From an uncultured Arcobacter sp. (lineage in GTDB: Bacteria; Campylobacterota; Campylobacteria; Campylobacterales; Arcobacteraceae), in the NCBI GenBank assembly GCA_965140705.1, contig OZ223300.1:1248001-1312000 (forward strand): DNA of 64,000 bases, given 5' to 3'. Made by a program: the position numbers and the translations under genes. The first letter of the stretch is position 1. Each line of letters opens with the position of its first letter. Positions 19,120-28,457 of the stretch are shown here, piece after piece. A model generated the notes under the pieces. That model was not told the origin of the DNA. It did not search any database and worked only from the letters and a program-made list of their open reading frames with translations.

Positions 19120-19338
19120 TTATAATGCAGTTACATTTTCAGCTTGTGGACCTTTTTGACCTTCAGCTACTTCGAAAGTTACTTTTTGACCTTCGTTTAA
19201 AGATACTCTACCGTATCCAGTACTGTTAATTTGTCTATAATGTACGAATACATCTTTACCACCGTTTTCTTGTTCGATAAATCCAAAACCTTTTTCACTG
19301 TTGAACCATTTTACTGTTCCGTTTACTAAATCTGCCAT
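19120..19338 (-). CDS. Cold-shock protein (CspA family)
   Basis: GTVKWFN, RNP1 KGFGFI, RNP2 VFVHY and KGPQAENV motifs. Confidence 0.95.
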   Translation of the reverse strand: MADLVNGTVKWFNSEKGFGFIEQENGGKDVFVHYRQINSTGYGRVSLNEGQKVTFEVAEGQKGPQAENVTAL

Positions 19339-19491
19339 GCAGTTTCCTTTGTTGTTTAAATATACTTTATTGCTAAAGTGGTAGAAAATATAAATTTGAG
19401 TGTTCTTTCATGGTAGATTATTTGTGTACTTGTAAATAGTTTTCAATAAAAAAAGCCAAAGATGAAACTCGAAACCATCTTCATAAAAAAC

Positions 19492-19520
19492 AGTATAGCT
19501 AAAATAAAAATTAAATGCAA
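19492..19520 (-). promoter_or_regulatory. Sigma70 promoter of the csp gene
   Basis: TTGCAT-N17-TATACT on the - strand, about 150 nt upstream of the ATG. Confidence 0.65.
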
Positions 19521-19543
19521 GTATTATTAAAAAAAATTTAATA

Positions 19544-19726
19544 TTATGTTACATTTTCATTAATCAATACAGTCCAACCACTATATTTAGGGGATTCCTC
19601 TATCTCTTTTATCTGTGTATTTGTTAAGTTTGGGTAACTCATTTTCTTCCCATCCCATACAATACAAGGGAAAGTTTTCTCTTTTATGAAAATTGATTTA
19701 ATAATTTTAAATATTTTTTTTATCAT
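19544..19726 (-). CDS. Small hypothetical protein
   Basis: 60-aa ORF with an ATGA overlap to the upstream methyltransferase (translational coupling). Confidence 0.6.
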   Translation of the reverse strand: MIKKIFKIIKSIFIKEKTFPCIVWDGKKMSYPNLTNTQIKEIEESPKYSGWTVLINENVT

Positions 19727-20394
19727 TTTACTCTTTTGTATACTGCAAAAAAATGAGGAACAGAAGGTATTTGATTATCATCATATGCTAAAAAACTAAT
19801 CTCCTCTAATCCATCATTTTGTACAAATTGATCTATCTCTTTTTTATCCAAAGGTAAGGGAATGTCATCTAAGTTTTTATTTTCTTCTCTACTTCTACAA
19901 GATACAAGAACATATCCACCAATAGTTAATAAGTTTGAAATGGCAACTCTTGCTTTATTTCTATAATTACCTGGTAAAACTTGTATTGTATTGCATTCAT
20001 ATACTATATCAAAGTTTCCAAGCCATGATTTATCATATTCAAATAAGTTTGCCACAAGATAGTTAACTTTTGTATTTGGATATCTTTTTTTGCAAAGTTC
20101 AATTGCAGTAGGGGATATATCAAATGCAGTAACTTCAAATCCAAAGTCACTTAAGGCTTCTGCATCATCACCAACACCACATCCTATAACTATAGCTTTT
20201 GGAGCTTGTTTATCGATTTTGTTATTATTTAACCAATTGATTAAATAAGGGCTTGCTTCCAAATCAGCCCAAAAAACTTTTTTATAATCTCCATTTGCAA
20301 TTTTATAAATTGTATCAAACCAATCAAGTGGTTTATCTTCTTCTTGGTATTGTTTAACCATTTTTTTGTATTCAACTGGGTCAAATGTTTGCAT
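19723..20394 (-). CDS. Class I SAM-dependent methyltransferase (thiopurine/thiol methyltransferase-like)
   Basis: VIGCGVGDDA, VTAFDISPTAI and FDIVYE motifs. Confidence 0.85.
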   Translation of the reverse strand: MQTFDPVEYKKMVKQYQEEDKPLDWFDTIYKIANGDYKKVFWADLEASPYLINWLNNNKIDKQAPKAIVIGCGVGDDAEALSDFGFEVTAFDISPTAIELCKKRYPNTKVNYLVANLFEYDKSWLGNFDIVYECNTIQVLPGNYRNKARVAISNLLTIGGYVLVSCRSREENKNLDDIPLPLDKKEIDQFVQNDGLEEISFLAYDDNQIPSVPHFFAVYKRVK

Positions 20395-20519
20395 TTTTTC
20401 TCCTGATTTGAAATATTGTATTTAAAATAAGGTTTTATTAGTATAATTTTGATTTTTAAAAATAAATATTTATGTTCTATTAATTTATAGATATTAAAAT
20501 ATATGTATTAGGAGTAAAA

Positions 20520-21161
20520 ATGCAAAATAAAAAAACAGTTTTGATAGTAATTGTCGCATTAATCGGATTATTCTTTGTAGGTGGTTATTTTTATAAACAA
20601 AATAAAGCTAAAGAGTTTTCAAAAGTAGCAAGTGAAAAAGCAGAAGTTTTCGAAAGGGATTATTCTTTAGTTATTGGACCAAAAGATGCAAAAGTTCAAT
20701 TAGTAGAATTTTTTGATCCAGCTTGTGGAACTTGTGCTTATTATTATCCTTTTGTTAAAGATTTATTAAAAAAACATAAAGGTGATATTAAATTAGTCCT
20801 AAGATATGCTCCTTTTCATGCAAATGCTAATTATGCAGTTAAAATGTTAGAAGGTGCTAGGGAACAAAATCTTTTTAAAAAGACTTTGGAATTGATGTTT
20901 GCCACACAAAATCAGTGGTTAGATGGGCATGGTGTAGATCCAAGAAAGTTGTGGATAGTTTTAGAAAAGTCAAATATACTTGATATGAAAAAATTATCTA
21001 AAAGTATGGATAATATCATGTATGATAAAATCATTGAACAAGATTTAGATGATGCAAGAGTTCTAAATATAAGAGGTACTCCTTCATTTTTTGTAAATGG
21101 AATACCTCTTCAAGACCTTAGTGGTGAGAACCTAGAAAAATTAATTGAATCACAACTATAA
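20520..21161 (+). CDS. DsbA/BdbD-family thiol-disulfide oxidoreductase
   Basis: N-terminal anchor, EFFDPACGTC (CxxC) and cis-Pro loop GTPSFFVNG. Confidence 0.88.
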   Translation: MQNKKTVLIVIVALIGLFFVGGYFYKQNKAKEFSKVASEKAEVFERDYSLVIGPKDAKVQLVEFFDPACGTCAYYYPFVKDLLKKHKGDIKLVLRYAPFHANANYAVKMLEGAREQNLFKKTLELMFATQNQWLDGHGVDPRKLWIVLEKSNILDMKKLSKSMDNIMYDKIIEQDLDDARVLNIRGTPSFFVNGIPLQDLSGENLEKLIESQL

Positions 21162-21183
21162 AAGATACTTTTTAGTATCTTTT
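21160..21183. terminator. Bidirectional terminator between convergent genes
   Basis: AAAAGATACT-tttt-AGTATCTTTT. Confidence 0.75.
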
Positions 21184-21775
21184 ATTGACAATTAGCATCT
21201 TTTATTTTTGCATCTTCACTTTTTAAATAATCACAATCTTTTTGTAATAAGTTTACTCTTTTAAATTCAGCATCAAATGCTAAAGTATCACTTAAATTAG
21301 AACTTAATAAATCTAAATCATTAAATTTAGCGTCCGCAATTCTTGAAGAAGAGAAGTCCACATTATCAATTGATGCTTCACCAAATCTAACACCCCAAAG
21401 ATTTGAACCTTTAAAAGAGACATCTTTTATCTCTGTTAGTTGCATGTTTCCACCTTTGAAGTTACTTCTGTCAAAAGTAGAGTTTTTTATAGTTGCATTT
21501 TCAAAATTGCATTGAAAAAAGTTTGAATCCATACCTTTTACATCTTCTAATTTTGTCCCCCAAAAAGAAGATTTTGCAAAGTTTGATTTAGATAAATCTG
21601 CCCCTGATAAATCAGATCCAGCAAAACTTGCTTTTTGTAAATTCATACCTGATAGGTTTGCATTAGTTAAATCACAATCTTCACATACAAGTGTCTTTTT
21701 TAGTTTTTCAAGTTGTACAGCATCATATGAAAAAAGAAAAGTGAAACTAAAAATCAAGAGTAATAGTTTTTTCAT
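21182..21775 (-). CDS. Secreted pentapeptide-repeat protein
   Basis: Signal peptide, CEDCDL, then A(N/D)LS-type pentapeptide repeats. Confidence 0.88.
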   Translation of the reverse strand: MKKLLLLIFSFTFLFSYDAVQLEKLKKTLVCEDCDLTNANLSGMNLQKASFAGSDLSGADLSKSNFAKSSFWGTKLEDVKGMDSNFFQCNFENATIKNSTFDRSNFKGGNMQLTEIKDVSFKGSNLWGVRFGEASIDNVDFSSSRIADAKFNDLDLLSSNLSDTLAFDAEFKRVNLLQKDCDYLKSEDAKIKDANCQ

Positions 21776-22158
21776 TTTTTATTCTCCTTTAAAAGTGCCA
21801 TAAATTTGTCCTCTTTCATTCCACCCATAGCTTTTTTATATACATTTTCCCCATCTTTTGTAAAATAAAATCTTGGTATTCCCCAAAACTGCATCTGTTT
21901 TGGAATATTTTGATCATTGATGTCAAAATGGTATGTAATAAAATTTTTATTTACAAAATTTTTAACTTCATCTTTTACAAAAACATGTTTTTTCATATAA
22001 TTACATTCTGGACAAGTTGGCGAACTAACCATTACTAAAATAGGTTTATTCAACTCTTTTGCTTTCTTTACAGCAGTTGCATAATCTTTTTCCCAATTAA
22101 AACTTGCTGCATTTAGAGAAAGAAATGTAAATACTAGTATTGTCAATAACTTAATCAT
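21772..22158 (-). CDS. Exported thioredoxin-family protein (SoxW/Thioredoxin_7-like)
   Basis: Signal peptide, AKELNKPILV, CPEC and GIP motifs. Confidence 0.82.
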   Translation of the reverse strand: MIKLLTILVFTFLSLNAASFNWEKDYATAVKKAKELNKPILVMVSSPTCPECNYMKKHVFVKDEVKNFVNKNFITYHFDINDQNIPKQMQFWGIPRFYFTKDGENVYKKAMGGMKEDKFMALLKENKK

Positions 22159-22284
22159 ATAAACTCCTTTATTTGATATAGTATTATAACTATTTTTAAT
22201 AAAAAAGCAATCTTAAAAATCAGTTTTAATTATTAAGTCAAAATATAATAAAATGAAAACTATTAACTAAAAATTGGAGATATT

Positions 22285-22569
22285 ATGAATATTATAAAAA
22301 AAGTTACATTTATAGCAAAAGATGATTCTATTAAAGAGATGAAAGATTTATTAAAAACTATGGTTGAAGCTTCTAAAAATGAGAAAGGTTGTTTATCCTA
22401 CGAAATTTATCAATTAAAAGAAAATCCAGCAAAATTTGTAGTTGTTGAAGCTTGGGAAGATGAAGAAGCATTAAATGGACACAAAACAACAGAACATTAC
22501 AAATACTATAAAGCAAACTTTGAACCATACTGTAAAGAAAAATACAGTGATGATTTAGAAATAATTTAA
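22285..22569 (+). CDS. Antibiotic-biosynthesis-monooxygenase (ABM) family protein, LsrG/YgiN-like
   Basis: EKGCLSY, VEAWEDEEAL and HKTTEHYK motifs. Confidence 0.85.
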   Translation: MNIIKKVTFIAKDDSIKEMKDLLKTMVEASKNEKGCLSYEIYQLKENPAKFVVVEAWEDEEALNGHKTTEHYKYYKANFEPYCKEKYSDDLEII

Positions 22570-22578
22570 GGTAAAATT

Positions 22579-23751
22579 TTGAAAAACTTATGGACAGATG
22601 AAGAGGCACAAAAGTATAAAAGTGATTTAGAACTAAGAGTTTTTACTTCAAACTTATTAGGTAGAAGTGATGAACTTGTTCTTCATGGAGGAGGTAATAC
22701 TTCTGTAAAATCAAAAGTAAACGGTGAAGATATTCTTTATGTAAAAGGAAGTGGTTGGGACTTAGTAAGTATTGAAAAAGAGGGTTTTGCACCTGTTAAA
22801 CTTGATATTTTAATTGAAATGGCTAAACTTGAGAGTTTGAGTGATAGCGATATGGTATCACAACAAAAAGCAGCGATGATTGATAAAAGTGCGCCAAATC
22901 CTTCAGTCGAAGCAATCTTACATGCAATTATTCCTTTTAAATTTGTAGATCATACACATGCAGATGCAGTTGTAACTATATCTAATAATACAAATGGAAT
23001 AGAAAATATTAAAAAAGTTTTTCCAAACTTTTTAATCATCCCTTATGTAATGCCTGGTTTCATATTAGCACGTACTATTTATGATATGACTAAAGACTAT
23101 GATTGGGAAAATAGCGATGGAATTATTTTACATAATCATGGAATTTTTACTTTTGATGATGACGCAAAAAAATCCTATGATAAAATGATATCTGCTGTTA
23201 CTTTAGCAGAGAACTTTTTGGAAGATAACGCAAAACTTGAAATACCAACTTTAGAAGCTAAGGAAGTAGATTTAACTGAACTTATAACTACTCTTTCTAA
23301 AGAAAAAGGTTATGATATAGCTTTGAAGGTAAATCAAGACAAAGAGGCTTTATATTATGCTTCTCAAACAAATCTAAAAGAAAATGTTACAAAAGGAGTT
23401 TTAACTCCTGAGCACATTATTAGAACAAAAAAAGTGCCTTTAGTTTTAGAAGACAATGATATAAAAAGTGCAATAGAAGAGTATAAAAAAGAGTATAAAG
23501 TATATTTTGAAAGGTATGCAAAAGATGAGATTTGTTTAAATCCTGCACCAAATTATGCAGTAATAAAAGATTTTGGAGTTGTATCTTTTGGAAAAAATGA
23601 GAAAGAAGCAAGTATTATAAATGATATTGTAACTCATACTATTAAAGCTGTTTTAAGAGCTCAAAAATTAGGTGGCTTTGTAAGTATAAGTGAAAAAGAT
23701 AGTTTCGAAATGGAATATTGGGAACTAGAGCAAGCTAAGTTGAAAAAATAA
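22579..23751 (+). CDS. Class II aldolase/adducin family protein (aldolase half of the rhamnulose-1-P aldolase/SDR bifunctional enzymes)
   Basis: LVLHGGGNTS, VKGSG, PSVE, HTH zinc motif (DHTHAD), NHG, TPEH; ends at EYWELEQAKL. Confidence 0.85.
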   Translation: MKNLWTDEEAQKYKSDLELRVFTSNLLGRSDELVLHGGGNTSVKSKVNGEDILYVKGSGWDLVSIEKEGFAPVKLDILIEMAKLESLSDSDMVSQQKAAMIDKSAPNPSVEAILHAIIPFKFVDHTHADAVVTISNNTNGIENIKKVFPNFLIIPYVMPGFILARTIYDMTKDYDWENSDGIILHNHGIFTFDDDAKKSYDKMISAVTLAENFLEDNAKLEIPTLEAKEVDLTELITTLSKEKGYDIALKVNQDKEALYYASQTNLKENVTKGVLTPEHIIRTKKVPLVLEDNDIKSAIEEYKKEYKVYFERYAKDEICLNPAPNYAVIKDFGVVSFGKNEKEASIINDIVTHTIKAVLRAQKLGGFVSISEKDSFEMEYWELEQAKLKK

Positions 23752-23773
23752 GAAGTTTAATACTTCTTATTTT
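23745..23773. terminator. Bidirectional terminator
   Basis: 12-bp stem AAAATAAGAAGT/ACTTCTTATTTT between convergent stop codons. Confidence 0.75.
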
Positions 23774-24578
23774 AATAGTCTGTAAAAATAGATTTTACTC
23801 CCCATTTAAAGAGTTTTTCGATATCTTCTTTTTTATTTACGGTATAAACATTTACATAAAATCCTTCATCATTTAACTTTTTAACTAAAGCTTCATCTGT
23901 GATTTCAAAATCACAATTATAGTTTCTTACATTTAAACTTTTTAGATAATTTATCAAATCTTTTGGATGTTTATTCTCTTGTAATGCTGCTGTTTCGATT
24001 GAGGAATTTATATCATGTATTTGTTTTAAATAAACATGATTAAAAGAAGATATTATCACTTTGTCTTGCATCTTAGTTTCATCAACTATTCTTAATACTT
24101 CTTTTGCAGCTATTCCATGAAAATTTGTCTTCTTTAAATCTTTTATTTCAATATTTGCAAAGATATTATTTTGTTTTAAAAATAATAAGACCTCTTTTAG
24201 TGTTGGTATTTTTTCTATTTTCTCTTTTTTTAAATCTTCAATTGAGAGTATATTCTCTTTTATAGTATTAAAGGGGTCTTTTTTTATAAACCATGAAGAA
24301 AAATCAAGCTTTAGGAGTTGTTCATAGGTATAATCTACAACTTTGTAGGGGGTTTTGAACTCTTTTAACTCTTTTACATTACTTGTTCTTTTTAATGTAT
24401 CATCATGAATAATAATCGCAATTCCATCTTTTGTGAAAGAAACGTCAAATTCTACTATTTTATATTTACCAATAACTTGTTTAAATGCTGCCATTGTATT
24501 CTCAGCTCTCAAGGACCTTAGACCTCTGTGAGCTATGAGGAGTTGTTCATCTTTTTCAAAATTATCCCAAAAGTTCAT
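23772..24578 (-). CDS. Glycerophosphodiester phosphodiesterase (GDPD) family protein, cytoplasmic
   Basis: IAHRG, AENT, EFDV, HDDTLKRT, NIEIK, SSF, YTVN and IFTD motifs; no signal peptide. Confidence 0.92.
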   Translation of the reverse strand: MNFWDNFEKDEQLLIAHRGLRSLRAENTMAAFKQVIGKYKIVEFDVSFTKDGIAIIIHDDTLKRTSNVKELKEFKTPYKVVDYTYEQLLKLDFSSWFIKKDPFNTIKENILSIEDLKKEKIEKIPTLKEVLLFLKQNNIFANIEIKDLKKTNFHGIAAKEVLRIVDETKMQDKVIISSFNHVYLKQIHDINSSIETAALQENKHPKDLINYLKSLNVRNYNCDFEITDEALVKKLNDEGFYVNVYTVNKKEDIEKLFKWGVKSIFTDY

Positions 24579-25436
24579 CTATTTTGCCTCTTTTTTTGTA
24601 AGTAGTAAGTTTAAAACTGCCAAAATTGATGTTGTAACTATTAGTAAAAATGAAATTGCATTTATAATTGGAGTACTTCCATCTCTTACTTGTAAATATA
24701 AATTTATTGGTAAAGTGGTATCCGAACCAACTAAAAATAAAGTAGTATTGAAGTTTTCAAAGCTCATTAAAAAGGCAACAGCACCAGCTCCTATAAGAGC
24801 TGGTTTTAAAAATGGCAAAATAATATACCTGATAGTTTCAAGTTTTGTAGCTCCTAAGTTTAAAGCAGCATCTGATAAGGAATCATCAAACTTTTTAAGT
24901 CTTGCGGAAACCACTAATAAAACAAAAGTAGAGATAAAGGAAAATTGTCCAACAATAACTAACCAAAAACTAGGTCTTAGAATACTAATATCCAAGCCAA
25001 AAGTATCTTCTATATATGTTCCTGCACTATTTGTTGCTAGAAGTAATGAAATACCAAGTATTACTCCTGGAATTACTAAGGGAAGAAGTGCTAGAAAATA
25101 AAAAGCTTGTTTAAATTTAAACTCTTCTCTTTCAAATAAAAATGCTCCCATTGTTCCCATAATCAAAGAAAAAACAGATACAAAAAAAGCAGTTTGAATA
25201 CTTATGAAAATACTTTGTAAACTGTTTTCATCATGAAACAATCCAAGTCTATCTTTTGTATCTGATAAAAACCAATCAAGGGAAAATCCTTTCCACGGTA
25301 AAGTTGGAAAATCAGAATTATTAAATGCCAAAATACAAGTAATAACTAAAGGTGCAAATAAAAAAACATAAAATAGAGTTATATAAAGTAAAAAGGCAAA
25401 ATTATACTTTTTGCTTCTTGGCAATGATCTTATCAT
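24579..25436 (-). CDS. ABC transporter permease (PotC-like)
   Basis: TM segments and EAA-like loop SDAALNLGA. Confidence 0.9.
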   Translation of the reverse strand: MIRSLPRSKKYNFAFLLYITLFYVFLFAPLVITCILAFNNSDFPTLPWKGFSLDWFLSDTKDRLGLFHDENSLQSIFISIQTAFFVSVFSLIMGTMGAFLFEREEFKFKQAFYFLALLPLVIPGVILGISLLLATNSAGTYIEDTFGLDISILRPSFWLVIVGQFSFISTFVLLVVSARLKKFDDSLSDAALNLGATKLETIRYIILPFLKPALIGAGAVAFLMSFENFNTTLFLVGSDTTLPINLYLQVRDGSTPIINAISFLLIVTTSILAVLNLLLTKKEAK

Positions 25437-26290
25437 GATAGAGCCTTTGAAAGATTTTGTTTAGAAATTTTTAAAGCAATCCAAATAATAAGTGAAGACA
25501 AAATCAAAAGTAAGAATCCAAAAGCCGCACCTTGATTCCAATTGAAACTTGCAATAAATTGATTATAAATTTGCTCTGTAAACCAAAGTGAATTTTTCCC
25601 ACCCATTAAATTTGGAGTTAAATAATTACCAAGTGTTAACATAAATACAACTATAGACCCAGATACAATTCCAGGAGCTGCATAGGGAATAATTATTTTG
25701 AAAAAGATTACAAATTTTGAAGCCCCCAAATCTAAAGCTGCTTCAATATAACTATCATCCATACCCTCTAATGCAGAAATAAGTGGAACTATCATAAATA
25801 ACATTGAAGTATAAACAAGTCCCATTATCATGCTTACATCATTGTAAAGCATTTCAATTGGTTTATCTATTATTCCAAATTGCATTAAATAATAGTTTAT
25901 AACTCCACTTTCCCTAAGTAAAATCATCCAGCCATAAACACGCACAAGTTCACTCACCCAAAATGGCATTAAAAGAAGTATTGTCAAAAATCCTTTATAT
26001 TTAGGTGAAACAACTTTTGTGATATAAAAAGCAATGGGAAAGGTTACTATGAAGGTTAAAAATGTCACAAGAATAGAGTATGTAGCAGTTCTTACAAAAG
26101 TATACCAATATATATTTTCTTTAAAAAATGCATTATAATTATTAAAACTCCAAACCATATCACCAACATCATTTTCTACTTTTAATGACATAAGTAACAG
26201 ATCAATTTGTGGCAAAATTATAAGTAAAAAAAGCCACAAAAATACTGGAATAAAGAATATAAGAAATCCTAGTTTAATATGCTTTTTCAT
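25433..26290 (-). CDS. ABC transporter permease (PotB-like)
   Basis: PFWVSELVRVYGW and EAALDLGA motifs. Confidence 0.9.
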   Translation of the reverse strand: MKKHIKLGFLIFFIPVFLWLFLLIILPQIDLLLMSLKVENDVGDMVWSFNNYNAFFKENIYWYTFVRTATYSILVTFLTFIVTFPIAFYITKVVSPKYKGFLTILLLMPFWVSELVRVYGWMILLRESGVINYYLMQFGIIDKPIEMLYNDVSMIMGLVYTSMLFMIVPLISALEGMDDSYIEAALDLGASKFVIFFKIIIPYAAPGIVSGSIVVFMLTLGNYLTPNLMGGKNSLWFTEQIYNQFIASFNWNQGAAFGFLLLILSSLIIWIALKISKQNLSKALS

Positions 26291-27354
26291 GATTTATAAC
26301 ACTTACAATCTTCTAAATGAACACCAGCTTTTACTATATCATCTTTTTGAATATGAGTAAACTCTCTATTTTGAGGAAGAGAGACCATAATTTCATGATT
26401 ATTATCTAAAAAATTTGCTAGTATTTTTGTATTTGAACCATCAAAAAGTATTGTTTTTACTTTTAAGTCAAAATAATTCATATCTTTTTCCCCAATTTTT
26501 GGAAATAGGGCAATGGCTTCCGGTCTTACAAATAAACTGCAATCCTTTTGTATATCACTATCTATGAATTTAGCTAAAAAGTTAAGCCCCTCTTTTGTTT
26601 TAACTGAATTTTCATTTTCTTTATAGGCTTCAAATTTATTTGTTTCCCCCACAAAAGATGCCACAAAACTGGTCTTTGGATTAGAGTATAGATTTTGAGG
26701 AGTATCTATTTGTTCTAATTGTCCTTTATTCATAACTGCCACTTTATCACTCATAACTAATGCTTCAGATTGGTCATGAGTTATATAAATAAATGTGGTG
26801 CCAATTTCATTTTGAAGTTTCTTTAATTCTATTTTCATCTGTTCTCTAAGCTTTAAATCTAAAGCTCCTAAAGGCTCATCTAAAAGTAAAATTGATGGTG
26901 AAAGTACAAGTGATCTAGCTATGGCAACTCTTTGTTTCTGTCCACCTGAAAGTTCTTGTACATTGTGATTTAAGTAATTACCTAAATGAACTCTCTCTAA
27001 CATAGATTTGACTTTTTTTTCTATCTCTTTTTTAGGAACATTTTGTCTTTTTAATCCAAAAGCTACATTTTCTTGAACATTCATCATAGGAAATAGTGCT
27101 AAGTTTTGAAAAACAAGATTTACAGGTCTTTTATTTGGAGGTACTCCAATCATCTCTTTATTATTAATAAGTATATTCCCTGAACTTGGCTCTAAAAACC
27201 CAGCTATCATTCTAAGTAGTGTTGTCTTTCCACAACCAGATGGTCCCAAAATAGAGAAGAACTTTCCTTCTTCCACTTGAAAATTTATACCATTAACAGC
27301 TTTATGAGCCCCAAAGGTCTTTTTGAGATTTTTTATATCTAAAATATTTTGCAT
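26287..27354 (-). CDS. ABC transporter ATP-binding protein (PotA-like)
   Basis: GPSGCGKT, LSGGQ, LLLDEP and THDQ motifs; TOBE-like C-terminus. Confidence 0.93.
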   Translation of the reverse strand: MQNILDIKNLKKTFGAHKAVNGINFQVEEGKFFSILGPSGCGKTTLLRMIAGFLEPSSGNILINNKEMIGVPPNKRPVNLVFQNLALFPMMNVQENVAFGLKRQNVPKKEIEKKVKSMLERVHLGNYLNHNVQELSGGQKQRVAIARSLVLSPSILLLDEPLGALDLKLREQMKIELKKLQNEIGTTFIYITHDQSEALVMSDKVAVMNKGQLEQIDTPQNLYSNPKTSFVASFVGETNKFEAYKENENSVKTKEGLNFLAKFIDSDIQKDCSLFVRPEAIALFPKIGEKDMNYFDLKVKTILFDGSNTKILANFLDNNHEIMVSLPQNREFTHIQKDDIVKAGVHLEDCKCYKS

Positions 27355-27368
27355 GATTTTCCTAAAAC

Positions 27369-27389
27369 AAGGGGAATATTATTCCCCTT
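27369..27389 (-). terminator. Intercistronic stem-loop after the binding-protein gene (partial terminator or mRNA stabiliser)
   Basis: AAGGGGAAT-att-ATTCCCCTT. Confidence 0.6.
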
Positions 27390-27395
27390 ACTATT

Positions 27396-28457
27396 TTATT
27401 GTGCAGATTTTACTAAATCTAAGATTTTACCTTCTATTTTTTCTAATTTAGCAGGTACTGGTGGATACCAATTTATATTATCAATATCTTTTTGGCTAAA
27501 TGTTCTTTCAAAGTTATCTTTTTTCTCAGGGTTTAATAGTTTAATTGCTCCTTTTGAAGCTGTACCATAACCTTGGTCATTTGTAAAATAAGCAGCATTT
27601 TCTGGTTTTAACATAAAGTTAATCCATTTGTAAGCACCTTTGATATTTTTTGATTTTGAAGGAATTGCAAAAGTATCAATCCAACCTAATGCTCCACTTT
27701 TTGGGGCAACAAAATCAATGTCTGGGTTTTCTTTGTGTAGTTTCCAACCACCACCATCCCATCCCATGGCAACAGTAACTTCTCCACTTCTTAACATACT
27801 TAAAAGTGCATCTCCATTTGCCCAATAGTTATGTACTAAAGGTTTTGCAGCAATCAAATCTTTTCCTACTGTATTCATTAAAGAAGAGTAAGCAGCAATG
27901 TCATAGTATTTTTTAAAAGGATCAACACCTTTTCCAAATGCAATAGCAATCAAAGTTGGTCTTTTTAATCTATAAGAGATTTTTCCAGCATATTTAGGAT
28001 TTAATAAATCACTATAATCTTTAGCATCAGGAGCTAATTTTTTATTTACGATTAATCCAGAAGTCCCATAACAAAAAGGTACTGCATATGATTTACCTTT
28101 TATTTTTGTATTGTTTTTAACAGCGTTTAACATAGATGGAACAATATTTGCTGTTGTAATTTTTGAATAATCTATTGGTTTATAGATTTTATATTTTGCT
28201 TGTACTGAACTAATTCTATCTTGTGATGGTTGGGCAAGGTCAAATCCTGCTCCTCTTGTTGCTCTTAATTTTGCAATCATCTCTTCATTATTTGAATACG
28301 TAAGTTCAACATTTATCCCTGTTTCTTTTTCAAATTTTTCAATTAAAGCTTGTGGCGCATATCCTTTCCAAGTAAGGATTTTAAGTGTATCATTTGCTAA
28401 TAAATTGCCACTAAATAAAATAGTTGTAGCAATAGACAAAAGGGTTAATCTTTTCAT
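27396..28457 (-). CDS. ABC transporter substrate-binding protein, PotD/PotF fold with atypical pocket
   Basis: Signal peptide; FEKETGINV, NNEEM, WIDTFAIP and INFMLKPE motifs. Confidence 0.88.
   Translation of the reverse strand: MKRLTLLSIATTILFSGNLLANDTLKILTWKGYAPQALIEKFEKETGINVELTYSNNEEMIAKLRATRGAGFDLAQPSQDRISSVQAKYKIYKPIDYSKITTANIVPSMLNAVKNNTKIKGKSYAVPFCYGTSGLIVNKKLAPDAKDYSDLLNPKYAGKISYRLKRPTLIAIAFGKGVDPFKKYYDIAAYSSLMNTVGKDLIAAKPLVHNYWANGDALLSMLRSGEVTVAMGWDGGGWKLHKENPDIDFVAPKSGALGWIDTFAIPSKSKNIKGAYKWINFMLKPENAAYFTNDQGYGTASKGAIKLLNPEKKDNFERTFSQKDIDNINWYPPVPAKLEKIEGKILDLVKSAQ

Noticed and set aside
21182..21775. Pentapeptide protein as a Qnr quinolone-resistance gene
   Set aside because: It has a signal peptide and an N-terminal CxxC; Qnr and MfpA are cytoplasmic gyrase binders.
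22285..22569. Naming the ABM gene lsrG
   Set aside because: The Asn typical of LsrG appears to be absent, and generic ABM proteins share the other motifs.
24535..25101. 188-aa plus-strand ORF, and similar ORFs such as 2783-3241, 51566-51991 and 54292-54870
   Set aside because: Antisense to well-supported genes, with no recognisable motifs; typical shadow ORFs.
541..27389. Similar AAGGGGAA...TTCCCCTT hairpins at 541 and 27369 as a REP-like repeat family
   Set aside because: Only two short copies with different loops; adequately explained as independent terminators or stabilisers.
23772..28457. Naming the ABC operon potABCD
   Set aside because: The fold is Pot-like, but several acidic polyamine-binding positions appear replaced and the operon includes a GDPD, so the substrate is uncertain.
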